From: Bispira polyomma
Taxonomy: Eukaryota
Assembly (NCBI GenBank): GCA_965649765.1
Contig: OZ287748.1
Span: 14,756,001 to 14,820,000, forward strand
Length of the DNA: 64,000 nt
Direction: 5' to 3'
Shown: positions 26,800-39,870 of the stretch, in pieces
How the letters are laid out: every line of letters begins with the position of its first letter
How positions within the stretch are numbered: position 1 is the stretch's first letter
Notes under the pieces: model-generated
Seen by the model: the letters and a program-made list of their open reading frames with translations, nothing else
Told to the model about the DNA's origin: nothing
The model's database searches: none
Translations under genes and position numbers: made by a program

Positions 26800-27233
26800 T
26801 GAGTCGACAGGTACATGCCCCTCAGTAAGTGAGCAGTTTACAAGCTTTATAATGGATGGGAGTAATATATCAATATATCACCACATTCTTTGATGAGAGA
26901 TGTTGGCCATGAATCCAACATGCAGGATTTTGTAGGCGAGTTACTAATTATTTTACTAACATCGTCTTCAGAGACTCTGGTAAAGGCAGTAATTTCAGGA
27001 GGATCAAAAAGAGGATGAACATCAATTTTAGTTCCAGAAATAACAAAAGTATCTCTAATTCTCTTAATTTTTTCTGAAAAAAAGGAAGCAAACTTGTCAG
27101 CTAGTGACTTATCAGATTCATGGGAAGGGAGTGCCACATTGGTATCCATATTATAGGTCTTGCGCAGTTCTTGCCATAGCTTCCTGGAGTTGAGACTGTT
27201 GTCAGAGATAAGGTTGCTATTATACTCCGACTC
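26800..27233 (-). pseudogene. L2/CR1-group LINE ORF2 internal fragment (linker upstream of the RT domain), frameshifted
   Basis: NSRKLWQELRK.. LPSHESDKSLADKFASFFSEKIKRIR.. VSKIISNSPTKSCMLDSWPTSLIKEC.. IKLVNCSLTEGHVP, typical CR1/L2 pre-RT motifs. Confidence 0.85.
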
Positions 27234-27602
27234 CTAAAAATTTTAAAGGGGGATGACTGACGCCATATTGATACATATGTACTAACAAACAGCATTCTAG
27301 CCTATATAAAACATCCGTCCCCTTTAGATAGACAATAATCTGAAGTTTACAGACTTGGTATGGCAAGTGAAAAAAGAAGGTTTCATTTATTGGCCCCAGT
27401 TAATGGTCCCTGTGAAACCCAAGATTTCAGTAAAAAACGGCCCTGCATTATTACAGTAATATGCAACGGTATTGTGACATATGTACATGTGTAACAATTA
27501 ACAGTATTGTATGTTACTAAAAATAAAACTTGTCTTCAAACGATGTGTCCTTTATTGGTCTTATATTTTTTTTTTGTAAAATTCAATGTTTAGTTTTTAA
27601 AG

Positions 27603-28287
27603 CCTTGGCTCATTTTCGTATTCAAACTCAAAATCAACTCAAATCTGCATTCTCTATAGCTCTGGAGACAGTAAACATTTCTAAATTCGGACTGCATAGT
27701 TTCAGTCTTGAGACTTCTATTAAAATGAATAGTCACAAGTATATGTTCTTTGCATGTAGAATGATTTTCCACATAAGCCTATATTTGAGTTTAGTATGAG
27801 TTTAAGAACAAGTTTTTAATTTGGAGAATACCAACCCAGCGGCCGTATTCCTGAAAAAATTTAAACTCAAGCTAAGACTTAAGCTTAAATCTGAGATTTT
27901 AGCTAAGAAGAGTTCTCAATTTGCTCTCAAACACATTTTTACTAAAGCTCAGCTGAAATTTTTTCATAGCTCCGACGCATGTCTAGACATGCTGGCACAA
28001 GTCCAAAATAACAACATGCCAATCAAACTTACAGTTATATTGGACCTGTGGTCAAATGATCACTTTTTTTTTATTTTCACTCGAGTGAAATTCTTATTAC
28101 AGTTGAGTCAATGTACAGCCTTGCTCAAATTTGTGCAAAAATCTTAACTCAAAATATTGGAGAATACAATCTGAGTTGAGATCTTTATCTCACCTCAAAT
28201 TTGAGTGTGTCACCATGGCAACTAAGAAAAAACTTAAAGTTGAATATGAGTTTTAAGAACTAATTTATTTCAAGAATACCAGCCCAG
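27603..28287. mobile_element. Two abutting Harbinger-like MITEs (about 27603-27839 and 27840-28287)
   Basis: Ends ...GGAGAATACCAACCCAG, GGCCGTATTCCTGAAA... and ...TCAAGAATACCAGCCCAG with AAACTCAA subrepeats. Related copy at 41510-41769. Confidence 0.6.
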
Positions 28288-28887
28288 GTGTATCTTAGTC
28301 CTTATTCTTTGTTATTTCCTACTATGAATTTTAACATAAATAGTCAAGTAAAAAGATAAAAATGGCACAAAATTTTGAACGCTAACTAGAGAATCTGTTT
28401 CTGTTTACCAGTTTTGAAATCTGAAGACTTAACACTTATTTATCCGAGGAAAAATTTTTTTCTCTCTAAATTTTTTGAACAACAATGCAAGGTTTTTATT
28501 AGAATAAATCAGTCACGATGAAGATTTATAGAAAAAATAAGTGTAACTGTAATTTGCCACTTTACATGTGTTTGTTTGTTCAAAATTCAAACATATGTCA
28601 ACTAATTAGTGTTTAAAAATACACTCTGTTAAAATATTTAACTTTTCCATTACGCAGTGATTTCAGCTACTTATATTATTTGTATTATATGTATATAAAC
28701 ACTTAGGAAACTGTGTTTGTGTGAAATAATAATTCAAAAACAGCTTTGAAAAGATTTTTAGACAAACATATTTTTATACTACAATTCACACGTCAAGAGA
28801 AGAAAAGAAGTGTGAAATGAAGCCAATTACGTCATGTTACAAGTCATAATTAATTCAGTCAGTGAAATTGATGTGAAATTTATTATC

Positions 28888-29088
28888 TGAGGCAAAGAGG
28901 TTTTGTTTTTGGTTTGATTGTCGCCCAGTATTACACAAATACCACTAAACTGATTTACATGAAATTTGGTGGAAGAATCGGCAAGCTAGGGTCAAGGTAG
29001 AATCCATTAGTTTTGAGAGTGGATCTGGATATTTTTTCCATTGTGGCACCTTGACGGAGGTATGCACTCAAACGATTTCCTTTCTAGA
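28888..29088 (+). mobile_element. HINE family H1 copy
   Basis: Ends CTTGACGGAGGTATGCACTC...TTCTAG. Other H1 pieces near 19790, 21230-21362, 23170-23365, 31110-31355 (minus), 55760-55930 and 63945-64000 (minus). Confidence 0.6.
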
Positions 29089-29204
29089 TTTTATTACACA
29101 ATATTGCATATATTCAATATTACAAATACATTAATATATGTTGATATATAAGTATAATTTATAGATTACCCATAAAAAAGCACATCAGTTAGAAGTACAT
29201 AAAT

Positions 29205-29340
29205 AAATAATAATAATAATAATGCATTTTTAATGCGCTTTATTGATGCCAGGCATCTTCTAAAGCGCAACAGCAGAATCAGTGATCCAATCGTAAAGTC
29301 CATGGGCATAGCAAGGTCGTAAGGGTAGGGAGGGTTAACA
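29205..29340 (-). mobile_element. L2-type 3'UTR/tail (LINE or SINE 3' end)
   Basis: Highly similar to 17310-17420 (GCGCTTTATTGATGC.AGGCATCTTCTAAAGCGCAACAGCAGAATC). Further copies at about 44620-44725 (minus) and 51130-51175 (plus). Confidence 0.8.
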
Positions 29341-29819
29341 GCTGGTTGATCAGCAAGCAACCAGATTGAGTATTAACCCACCCCGTAGCATCCGGCGGCA
29401 AGGGTCGCAACTCCCTTTCACGCTTCACATGGTGAAGGGTGCCGTAGCCAAATACATGTATTGCAAATCACATCTATAAAAAAAATGAGAATGTTACTTT
29501 TAATAATGGTGTTCCTGTAATATACAAGGACATAGCCAAGTTTAGAATTACCCTGATGTTGTAAAAAAAAGTATTTAAACTTGTTTTTCTAAATGAGTAC
29601 ATTATGCACAGTCCCTGAAGTGATCCAATGTACATGATCTTGTTATATATGAGAGCATTATAAACAGCCCTAAAAACTCTTTAATGGATAAAAACCCATC
29701 ACTGCTGATGTGAACAGCACCAACAGAATAGTCACACATAAAACTAGTGTGATTTATTTATGTGTGATACTTATATGTAAAAGTTAGCACATTATCTATG
29801 TAGGCGTCAAGACTTTTAT

Positions 29820-29978
29820 TAGACTTGCTCACAAGTCTTTAGTGTTGGTGAAACACTGTATGACTGCATTTTAAGGTTCCCATTCTGTTCAAAGGGGTCA
29901 GCACTAGTGTTTTTATAACTGGAATATGAGACAGAAAGTCATAATGCCCTCATGGAAGAACCTTGCACAAGGTCTAGA
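29820..29978. mobile_element. Short MITE-like repeat family C (copies at 31961-32162 reverse and 37463-37600)
   Basis: TAGACTTGC...GCACAAGGTCTA inverted ends and a conserved interior TGCCCTCATGGAAG.ACCTTG. Confidence 0.7.
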
Positions 29979-32639
29979 CTTTTATCAGATTTTCGTCAAG
30001 TCATTTTTTATTAATTTTAATACATGAGAACATTATGACTTTTATCTGGCCAGACAAACCCATATGATATTATACCAAGATTGTAGTCATTTTTGTAGAT
30101 TGTAGATTTTTTGCCTACTGTACCTAATAAAGGTTACCAGTATTTGTGTCATAATGTAGAAAACCTTTGTATTTATCGACTGATAATTTTTATAAAAATC
30201 TCAAATCTATGTGTAAAAATTCTTTATAATAAAAATAGAATGCAGAACTTGAATGAGGACATAATGTAAATGTACCGAGATCATATGTATTTTTAATTAG
30301 TTACATTTGTGGTGAAAAATGGACCAAAAAAAATCGCAACAAAGATTTGGGCAAACCTTCTTCTATATAATTGACACAGATTACAATAATCATGTTACAT
30401 TCTTTGATCTAAGAGATTACCACTACTAAAACTTTCAAATTCCTAACTGTTGAGCAACACCAAACATAAATGCATACATCCGTTCCACTAACCTTATGAA
30501 GGCGCTTAAAATTGTTGTTTGCAGTTCTGTCTTTCTGGTACTGTAGTATTATAGAACTCCCCTTCAATAGATTGTGTAAAATATGTAGGAAAAAATTTAT
30601 TGAGTATGAAATTCACTTTTTATGTGTCTGTGAATGTTGTGATCAGGAGTGTATGATAAAATGAATAACTTTTCTAGAATTTTTAATGACTTTGATAGAT
30701 ATATTAAACTTGCAGAAATAATGCAGTGTAGTAAAAAAAAACAGCCTTATATGAGACATTGTTTTACACAATTTCTGGTTACACAATATGGGCCTAAGAA
30801 AGGTTAAGTGTTTAACATATGTCAAAGATAAGTGTGTTTATACAGCAGACACATGACAAAGATAAGTACTACATTTTCTCTCTAAATCTGGAGGAGTGAT
30901 AAGGGGTGACCACTTGACAGGTGAAAAGATCAAGTGTGTTACTGTTGAATGTAAAAATATGCACAGGTCAGCTTGAAGGTATAAAAAACACCTTTCTTTG
31001 AATTATATGAGGTCATTATGGCAAGAGGCATCCTGGTTGTTTGTAGATGTTTTTCTTCATTTCTGACGGGAGAAAGTCCTGATTTTCATAAATTCATAAC
31101 TTTAATTTTATTACCAGAAGGTCACTCAGTAGAGTGTATACCTCCACCAGAGCTCCAAAGTGCCAAAAAAGTGAAAAACAAATTCCTGAATCTGCCCTTT
31201 TACCAAGCTGAGCTCAACCATTTTATGGATTCTGCTATTTTGCTTAGGCCCAAATCCCTCCATCAAATTGGTTTAATAGTTTTCATTTAATCCGGTCTAC
31301 CAAGAAACAAACCAATGGACATAGCTGAAAACATAAATTTCTTGGTGGAGGTAATAGGAAGGTTATGGTTTGTGAAGTTACTAGGAGAATAATTTGTCAA
31401 TGTACATCTATTTGTCATAGGTTGCTAGTTATGTGTAATTTTAACTTAACAATTATTTGTGGAAATGAATTACACAGTCATGTTCATTTTACCAATTCTG
31501 AGGGAGATCTAATACATGGGGTGTTGTCTTTAGTTGCCATTCAGTGACATCATTTGTACAAGATACATTAATAAAATAATATGTTTTTATAAAATTTGAA
31601 TAGAAATGTATGTTTTTGTTAAGGTGACCTTATTGATATAAAGTTTAGCCTTAAACTCAGATTTGATAGAAAACCACTTTATAACCTCTTGCACAAAAGC
31701 TTTTATTAGGCGCAGCCTGATAATGATTTCAAGGAAGGGACCATGTTGGATATATGAAACGTCTCCATTGATTGTTTGGAAACAATTGATCCAGCAAAAC
31801 TGAGGGATGTCAGATTTATATTATCAGGCAATTATTAGGCACAGCTGGGGAAGAGTGAAATGAGGACGGTCTCTGATGTACTTGTCCCAGTAGTCAAGAA
31901 AGAGTATCTATTATTTCACTCTTCTTTACGATACAATTTAGGCCAAACTGAGGGGCTGGAGTAGACCTTGTGCAAGGTCCTTCCATGAGGGCATTATAAT
32001 TGTTACTCTATGAATCCCTCCATGAATTGAAGGAAAAGGTAAAGAAGCTGCCACTTATAAAAAAAACACATTAGTACTGATGCCTTTTGAACAGTATGGA
32101 AACTGTGTAAATTGCAATCATACAGCGTTTTACTAACAGTAAAGACTTGTAAGCAAGTCTAGGGCATGAGTCAGACTTTGCGCCAATGTCTTTTTTAAAA
32201 GACAACTCTTGTTGCTTTGTAATAACTAGTGGGTGGTGGGTGGGGAGGTTCACATTTGTAAAGATAAAAGAAAGACAAGATGAAATGCACCTTTGTTATT
32301 ACAACAATACTACAGCACCCATGTACAATGTAAAAGTGTGATAGAAATCTGCCCTTGGGCTGTTATATTCATTGATCCAAGCCATCAAACTATCTATGTC
32401 CTTAAAAATACCACATCTGCTGCATTATGAAGGTTTTTTACATTATATTTTTAGTATATCTCTTATTTAAATCTTTGGCGTTGACAGTGAGTGGTATGAA
32501 ATTACAAAGTACTATAATTATAAACATCGCCACAATTTTTTAGTGCAAAACATTAACTCATTGATAATAAATAACCAGGCTGTTATTGGAGTACACACAA
32601 GTGCAAAACATTGATAACCTCAATACTCAGAGGAATTAA

Positions 32640-32918
32640 CCCTTTCAACCCCAAGAGAAAACAATCGTGGGGAACTAAAGGAAATGTTTCGGTAATAGGT
32701 AACAGATAGCTGGAGTCACTAAAACACACACCACACTCTATTTCTGGCTTTCAATAACAGCCTCATGTATATTATTTTTGAACAGTGTAGTCTCCTGTAC
32801 TAACAATTTCCTGTTGACTGGAACAGGGGTGTTGACTGCGTTGCCAACAGACATAGGTTCTGGGAGTAACAAATGCTGTTGCATTGACTGCTTGCCGACT
32901 AACAAAGGGTCAAAATGG
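32640..32918 (+). mobile_element. piggyBac-like MITE family A, complete
   Basis: TTAA|CCCTTTCAACCCC ... GGGTCAAAATGG|TTAA. Confidence 0.75.
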
Positions 32919-32947
32919 TTAATAAAATGCAGCGTTATTTTAGTTGT

Positions 32948-34150
32948 ATTATATATATTTTATTATATTATATCAGACTTTTTTAGCGCTTATTTTCGTT
33001 GTAACGAATTCTAAGGCGCAAAAAAACCACAGCCAGAGTCGAAAAACATAGGTGATAGACAGAAGGAAGTCGTCATCAATGCACCCCGAGAATGGGAAAG
33101 AGACTATGGAGGGAATGCATCATTGAACAGATAGGTCTTTAAACTGCGCCGGAAGGAATACAGGGATGGAGCTGTCCTAATGTGTTGAGGCAAACTATTC
33201 CATAGGGTAGGGGCATCATTTGCAAAACTTTTATCAAAGTGAACCTTTGACCTGTATACTTTGGACTTATATTTTGGAACAAGAAGAAATCTATTTTTGG
33301 GAGCGGCTCTCCTGGTGTTGACATTGCACTTGTAGTAACTCAAGTGTGGTTCAAAGTATTTAGGCAAACCTGAATCGAGAAACTTATATACTATTGTAGC
33401 AGTTTTAAAAACACACCGATACCTAACAGGGAGCCAGTGGAGTGACTTCAGAATTGGTGAAGCATTTGAAAGCTGAGCAGAACAACTGACCAGACGTACC
33501 AATGAGTTCTGGATGCATTGCAATTTCTTTAGATCCTTTTTGGTCAAGCTGCGATACAGTGAATTGCAGTAGTCCAGTCTGCTACCAACCAGAGCATTTG
33601 CTGCAGTTATTGCAACCGATTTTGGAAGGTACCTCCTGATTCTCCTGAGGTCTCTGAGACCCATGAAGCATGACTTACACACTGATTGGATATGGCTGGA
33701 AAATGAAAAATCACTGTCAAACAAAACTCCCAGATTCCTCACTTTATCAGTTGGGGATAACAGTGTTCCAAGAATGTTTGCAGGAAAAGAATTTGACAGT
33801 TCAGCACGTTGAGTGCCCGACCCAAACAATATGAATTCAGTTTTAGCAGGATTCAGCTTGAGCTTATTTAGTGCCATCCAATTTTGAACATCTGCTAAGC
33901 ATTTCTGAAGGACTTCCAGGGCACCGATTGATGTGTTAGGAGTAAGGTGTACGTAAATCTGTGTATCATCTGCATAGAAGTGATACTTCAGAGAAGAATA
34001 GGAGGAAATGATTTTGCTAAGGGGTGTAGTATATAATGAAAATAGGAGTGGTCCAAGCACAGACCCTTGCGGCACACCGAATTTCAGCACTTGTAGGTCA
34101 GACAGAATATCACCAATTTTAATACACTGGTACCTGTCTGACAAGTAGTT
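32948..34150 (-). mobile_element. 5'-truncated L2-clade (CR1 group) LINE
   Basis: ORF2 3' part, then a 3'UTR with a GCGCCTTA..TAAGCGC stem and a (TATAA)-like tail. Confidence 0.9.
33104..34144 (-). CDS. LINE ORF2 C-terminal fragment: reverse transcriptase motifs and C-terminal domain
   Basis: GVPQGSVLGPLLF, FYADDTQ, LKLNPAKTE, VRNLGV, SRLDYCN, LHWLP, FRRSLKTYLF. 346 codons uninterrupted, with no endonuclease domain. Confidence 0.95.
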   Translation of the reverse strand: MSDRYQCIKIGDILSDLQVLKFGVPQGSVLGPLLFSLYTTPLSKIISSYSSLKYHFYADDTQIYVHLTPNTSIGALEVLQKCLADVQNWMALNKLKLNPAKTEFILFGSGTQRAELSNSFPANILGTLLSPTDKVRNLGVLFDSDFSFSSHIQSVCKSCFMGLRDLRRIRRYLPKSVAITAANALVGSRLDYCNSLYRSLTKKDLKKLQCIQNSLVRLVSCSAQLSNASPILKSLHWLPVRYRCVFKTATIVYKFLDSGLPKYFEPHLSYYKCNVNTRRAAPKNRFLLVPKYKSKVYRSKVHFDKSFANDAPTLWNSLPQHIRTAPSLYSFRRSLKTYLFNDAFPP

Positions 34151-34339
34151 AACTATAAGTAGTTAGTATTGCTTGATCTATTCCATGAAAATGACAACAA
34201 AAAAAAGCAATTCTCAATATAAACATTTATAAATTTCTGGACTCATATTGGACTATAATAATCTTGCACAAGATGACCAGTATGTCAAATGTTTAAACTT
34301 TGAGGAAAAAAATCATAAAACACGTAAAATTGCGTAATG

Positions 34340-34749
34340 TGGGGTTCACATTATGGCGGTATGGACATGCAGTAAGAGTCTTTGTGATAATCACTATGTA
34401 GTGGGAGCAACCCTGCCTATAACTTCCTTAACTTCAGTGAAGTTTTGGGCATGTTTAAAACTTTTGCCTCACCAAGGTGGAAAAAGGCAGAAAAATCTTC
34501 CACCAGTTTCCGACTATTTCCATATCCCTACTTTTACTCCTCTGTCCCAGTAATCATATTTTTCCACCCGTTTCCTACCATTTCCCAGTATTTCCGTTTC
34601 ACTACTGTACTAGATTGGATGAATTTCACTCCATATTATGAGGGGGTATATATTTCCTCAAGATGAAACAGCCGGTAGGACAGGCCGAAAGACAAATTAC
34701 AATAACTTCTGGTACCACCTACCATGCAGTTAATATGTGAACGGGGCTT
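34340..34749 (-). mobile_element. Family B Harbinger-like element
   Basis: Ends GGGGTTCACATTA... and ...TAATATGTGAACGGGGC. Interior homologous to the 19045 copy. Confidence 0.65.
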
Positions 34750-35399
34750 TATAAATCTGAATTTGTTATCATTCTCTCAAGTACATTTAAAACTGATTGT
34801 TAAAGAGTGTATGTGACTGGGAGGTGTCAGTACAACCTGTGGTTGATGTCACTATCACTTCCAAGGCCAGATAACCTACACAGGGAATACAAAAGTCATC
34901 TGTATACAAAGGTATTTTCTGACCTCATTCATAGATGTTTGTGTCCTTAACTCCCCAAGGACAGCTCTCCTCATGTTTAATAATTTATACAGAGATATGT
35001 GACAAAGAAACCCCAATCAAAGATATGTCACAAGGGATGAGCTTCAAAATCAGCATTGAGAGATGGCAGAGTGGAAACTGATGTTGTGCAGAAATGAGGA
35101 CAGAACAAGGGTAGAAAAAAAAACTTTAGCTCATCATTTAATGTCATCTTTTCATTTTTTCAGAATAGCCTTACTTAAGTCGCAAATTTTCTATAAAATA
35201 TATAAAAAAACTACAGATTCTGATCTCTACTACTGAACTAAAACATGAAGAGTTATGGTGGCTTTTGGGTAAACAGTAAATTGCTTTATAGTACCCAAAT
35301 ATTGACGAATAATGATAGACCAATTAAAGTATCATGATATAACTTCAAAGTAATATTTACAGGGGATCTTCTTTTCACAAAAATATTGGTTGTTGAAAT

Positions 35400-35615
35400 G
35401 GCTGTGGCATGGTGGTTGAAAGCGCCTGCTTCACAATCACTGCTCTCTCTACAATGTGGGTACAAATCCTGTTTATTCCTTCATATGGAAATGTTTGTCA
35501 GGTACTTGCCTTATGTCGGTGGTTTACAGTGCTTTAGCGCTGGTTTCTTCCACCATTAAATCCAAGTATTGCGATATAATTTTGCCTGTTAAAAGCAACG
35601 TAAAAAACCCAATAA
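35400..35615 (+). mobile_element. SINE S1 copy
   Basis: GTGGCATGGTGG..GCCTGCTTCACAATCA..GTTTGTCAGGTACTTGCC..GCTGGTTTCTTCCACC. Confidence 0.75.
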
Positions 35616-36136
35616 AGTAAAATATTTATTGTTGTCAGTATTTATCACAGGTCTTTTTTTCATTTTATGGATTATTCCCCCTTTTAAAAGAAAAAATCAA
35701 CATTTGTTGAAGAGTACAGTGCGGAGAAAAAAAGGTTGCAACCTCCCACTGACCGCTTTACAATGGCATACACAACACAGTGTGCAAAAGATACCCAGAT
35801 AGTTTATACATTAAAAATATAGCTATTTTACAAGCTTTAATCATCATTCATTTTAGAACATTTACTGGGAGTTTATACATTAGTTTTGGTATTGTAACTG
35901 CAGGAGAAACCAAATTTTTTTTTTTTTAAATGCATTGACAGAGAAACATTATAGTTCTAGAGCTGTAAAACAAGTTTCCATATCTTTCAAAAATCAAAAA
36001 CACATCAGAATACGATAAGAGTATTACAAACATACGGTATAAGCACTTTTAACTACATGTACATTCAATTACAATTTACATAAATTTGCAAATTTAACAC
36101 TTGAAAAAGTTTACTTTCAATTTCATTCACACTCTA

Positions 36137-37030
36137 ATTTTTTTTTTTTTTTTTTTGCTCCCACAACATCCATCAATGTGGCCACTGACTATTTATTTCA
36201 TTAGATCAAAATTATTTAATGATGTTGGCTATCTCTCATTTTATGCTGTTAAAAATTATTCTAAAGGTCCCCATTTACGTTTCAATTTGTCTATGCTTTT
36301 GTTGTAATGTTCAACTAATAGTTTTTCAATATTGTAATAATATTTTAAAAGTCTAACTAGTTGTTAAACTCTGAGTTCTTCTTTTTTATATTTTGTAATA
36401 TAGATATATTTTTTACAATATTAAATATATGATTGTGCAACTCATTGTTGTTAATATTTGTATATCCTAGCAATCAGTCGGTCAGATATTTTTTTCCAAA
36501 AATTGTTAATCACTGGACAAAACCAAAAGAGATGTTCAATGGTTTCTGTTGATACTTTACAGAAATCACATTTATCATCTTCTGTTATGTTACATAGTTT
36601 TGAATATTTATTTGTTTGAATGATTCTTAAGAGAATTTTGTATTGAAAGGCCCTCATGGAGCTGTCGACTGTGCATCTGGAATTTAACGAGTAAAAATTT
36701 CCCCATTGCGATTTATCTATTTTCTCATTAAGGATACTTGACTATTTTTCTTCGTGGACTCTGTGATAATTCTTACTTGAGGCCATCAAGACATAAGCCC
36801 CTTTGCACACCTTTTTCATTTTTAAAATAGACTCAATACTTTTTTGACACACCTTTGGCTTGTCAAGTTTTCCATATAGGTTTTGTTTCCACTCTCTAGG
36901 GATAGAATGTACCAGACTATAAAAGTCTACAAAATTGATTCTTATATTGAAAGTTTTTTAATTATCTCCTGGTATCCATATAGATTACCAGAGTTACTTA
37001 ATAGATCATATAAATCACCCTGTATTTATC
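36137..37030 (-). pseudogene. Tx1/L1-clade LINE 3' fragment with C-terminal CCHC (zf-RVT-like) domain and poly(A) tail
   Basis: CTVDSSMRAFQYKILLRII.TNK...CDFCKVSTETIEHLFWFC...FW, ending ...KRKWGPLE*. Stops and frameshifts present. Poly(T) at 36137-36156 on the plus strand. Confidence 0.85.
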
Positions 37031-38059
37031 ACAGGTCTGTTTTACAATTTTATGGGGTTTTTTAAAGAAAAGTAGCTTAAACCTGCTTTGTTTGATTTCA
37101 AAGCCTTGAGTCATTTCCTACTTAGAGGTGATTTCAATTCATTTTTTGTAAGAGAAAGACATGCTTTGTCACAAAGGCTAGGTTTTAGTATTGTCATTGT
37201 AATGTAGCATTCTAAAGCACATGACAACAGGAAATCCTCTATGCACAAAGCACTGTATCTGTAAATAAGTGAAGTCATCCTATTAAGATAGATCAGTGAT
37301 ATGATAATACTGTGTGTGTGGCAGTAAGGCTTCTCCTCTTCTTCAATATGTTTATTTTTACATCTCTACCTCATAATGTATTGTGTCTTATTGTAAAAAG
37401 ACATTTATCTACTGTCAAAACCAAGGTATAGACAAAACACCAGAAAAAGTTTATGATTATATTTAGACTTGCTTACAAGTCTTTATTGTTGGCGAAACAC
37501 TGCATGACTGCATTTTACACAGTTCCATTCTGTTCAAAAGGTGTCAGCACTAGTTTTTTTTATAACTGCCCTCATGGAAGGACCTTGCACAAGGTCTAGA
37601 GTAGATTTGAAACCCTGGTAAAGTGCAGGAGTTTTGTCCAGTAAGTAGTGTATTTGTAGGGGGTTTGTACACAGGGATGGTTTTGCTGTAGTTTTATATA
37701 AAATGGCCTCTTCTATTATACATGTATATACATTCTATTATCTAAACAAACCCTAATTGTCCCAATATGTTCGGCTAATAGAGGTTCTATTGTACTTTCC
37801 ACTACATCACTAATTTAATTTCAAATAATTTCATTCACATCTAAACACATCTTAATTTTTCAACTAGTACAAAGTTCTTTGATTAATTTCTCTGTAATAT
37901 CGCGCGTGGTATTGTAGTGGATATTTAACGTGCCTTATTGATGCTATTCAGTAAGCCACTAGAGAAGTCCAAAAACGTAACCGATTATCTGTGTCCTCCA
38001 CCCGACCACTTAGACAGGCAGGTAGATGCAGGTACCATTAGTTGCTGTTCTATAAGAGT

Positions 38060-38230
38060 GGAATAAGATGTTAGAGATTAGATGCCAAACAGATATTGAT
38101 AAATTCAGGAACAAACTGAAGACACATCTTTTCCGACTGGCTTATCCCCCCCACCTTATCCCAATCTTCCCTATGGATGCCCTTCTGGTCATGACCTATT
38201 TCTGTCCTCTGACTTACCATTTACATAACC
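38060..38230 (+). mobile_element. L2-clade LINE 3' fragment
   Basis: LEIRCQTDIDKFRNKLKTHLFRLAYPP matches the L2 ORF2 end seen at 33104. Confidence 0.75.
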
Positions 38231-38379
38231 AGTGCCTTACAGGATACCACAAGTATATCACTTTTTATTCTGTAATAATAAATGGATTTCTCTAAGATTT
38301 CTGAGTAAGAAACCCTGTTTAGTTCAAGATGACCCTTGTATTTATGCTTATTAAACTCAGCTACTTCCCACATTCCCAA

Positions 38380-38432
38380 CAACCAATCACATACCCCGCC
38401 CTATTTTAAATACCTCCCAAACCAATCACCTG
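38380..38432. promoter_or_regulatory. Candidate promoter/enhancer: two AACCAATCAC boxes flanking a GC box and an AT-rich element
   Basis: AACCAATCAC (38381), CCCCGCCC (38394-38401), CTATTTTAAATA, AACCAATCAC (38420). Motif evidence only. Confidence 0.35.
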
Positions 38433-39870
38433 GTATCTTAGTTTATATGCTACATGATACCTTGCCTGAATTTCCTCCTTTTGAGGTCAGATGTGTTATC
38501 TTTTAATCACTCTGTGAAACTTTATCTCCACTCTAGTTACTTCCTGTGTCATATAACCCTAATTACATAACACTAAATCAGGAAATCAGGCTTCAAACAG
38601 TGTTTTTCCTTGTAACAATGAAACTTTAAACTGCCAGACACATGATGTACAAGTTATATATAAATTCACCTGTGTGTATAAGTTTGATCTGATTTCAGTT
38701 TCTCTACTCAAAGTGTAGAACCTCTATTATTCAAAAATCTTGCCAGGGCAAGATTTTGTTTGGATAATAGAAGGTTCAAAATAGAAGTTTGTATAGTAGA
38801 GGTTATACTGTAATAACAACTGAAACACACATGTAACACATCTTGCCCATGTCAAATTACAAGGGATCTTATCAGATACTGAACTGGGACAAAGGATCTT
38901 TCAAACCAATACAAATCTCATTGACAAATATCTTGTGATGCAGTTTGGAAAATTTGACAATTAGTATTGTGCTTTTGAAACAATATTTACAGAAATAGGA
39001 AAAAAATATATCATAAATTAGAAAAAAAATGTTTTCGAAGATAAGTATTCCATGATCAAGAGATATTAATCATTACACTTTCATGATGCAACATCATCAA
39101 GCGATTAGTTTTGGCTAAAGCCAATTCTTGGGCAAGCATTGATTCATCAAAGACTTCATTTGTCAATCAGATGCTGATAATATCACCACAGCTTGTTTAA
39201 ATATGTAAGAAGTCTTCAGAAAAAACTATACAAATATATGATCTATTATCTGTAAATAAAGGCCACCTCTCTTAATTATATCCCCCCCCCCCCCCCCCCC
39301 ATCACCCCAATTTTTTTAAGATTTTTTTAACATTGCTAAATGCCAATATTTCCATGGGAACTGCACTAAAATGTAATGGAAAATTGTTAATGTCTCTGCC
39401 TCGGCCAGTGTTGAACATGTTAAAAGTATAGTGGCTTGTATCAGATAATATTATATATGATGATAATACAGACCAGCATGTACATTTCATTAGGCTACTG
39501 TTAAGCATCCGGACATTCTGTGGGTAGTTTAATTGTTTTACACTTGTTACTATGATTGGTTTGACATTATGTTGCACCGTCACATATCAATATTGGTTGT
39601 TTTTTCAACAATAGGTCGTCTTTTTGAAAAAAAAACGCAAACCACTTTTAATAAGTCAGATATTAGAGACTATGGTGTCATGTAATATTTACACAAGCAT
39701 TTATTACTGTAAAATTGTGATTTACTATGTCCCCACACAGATTTCCTTATCAATCATATTAACAAAGATCAAGTGCCAAGTGTTTGATGTAAGAATATTA
39801 TAATGTAATTATTTGGTACAATGCTTTCATAACTAGAATTGTACATAAAATATATTAACCCTATTGACCC

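Noticed and set aside
26800-34150. The two L2 ORF2 fragments as one interrupted element
   Set aside because: On the minus strand the 3' end (33-34 kb) precedes the pre-RT fragment (27 kb), so they are not collinear.
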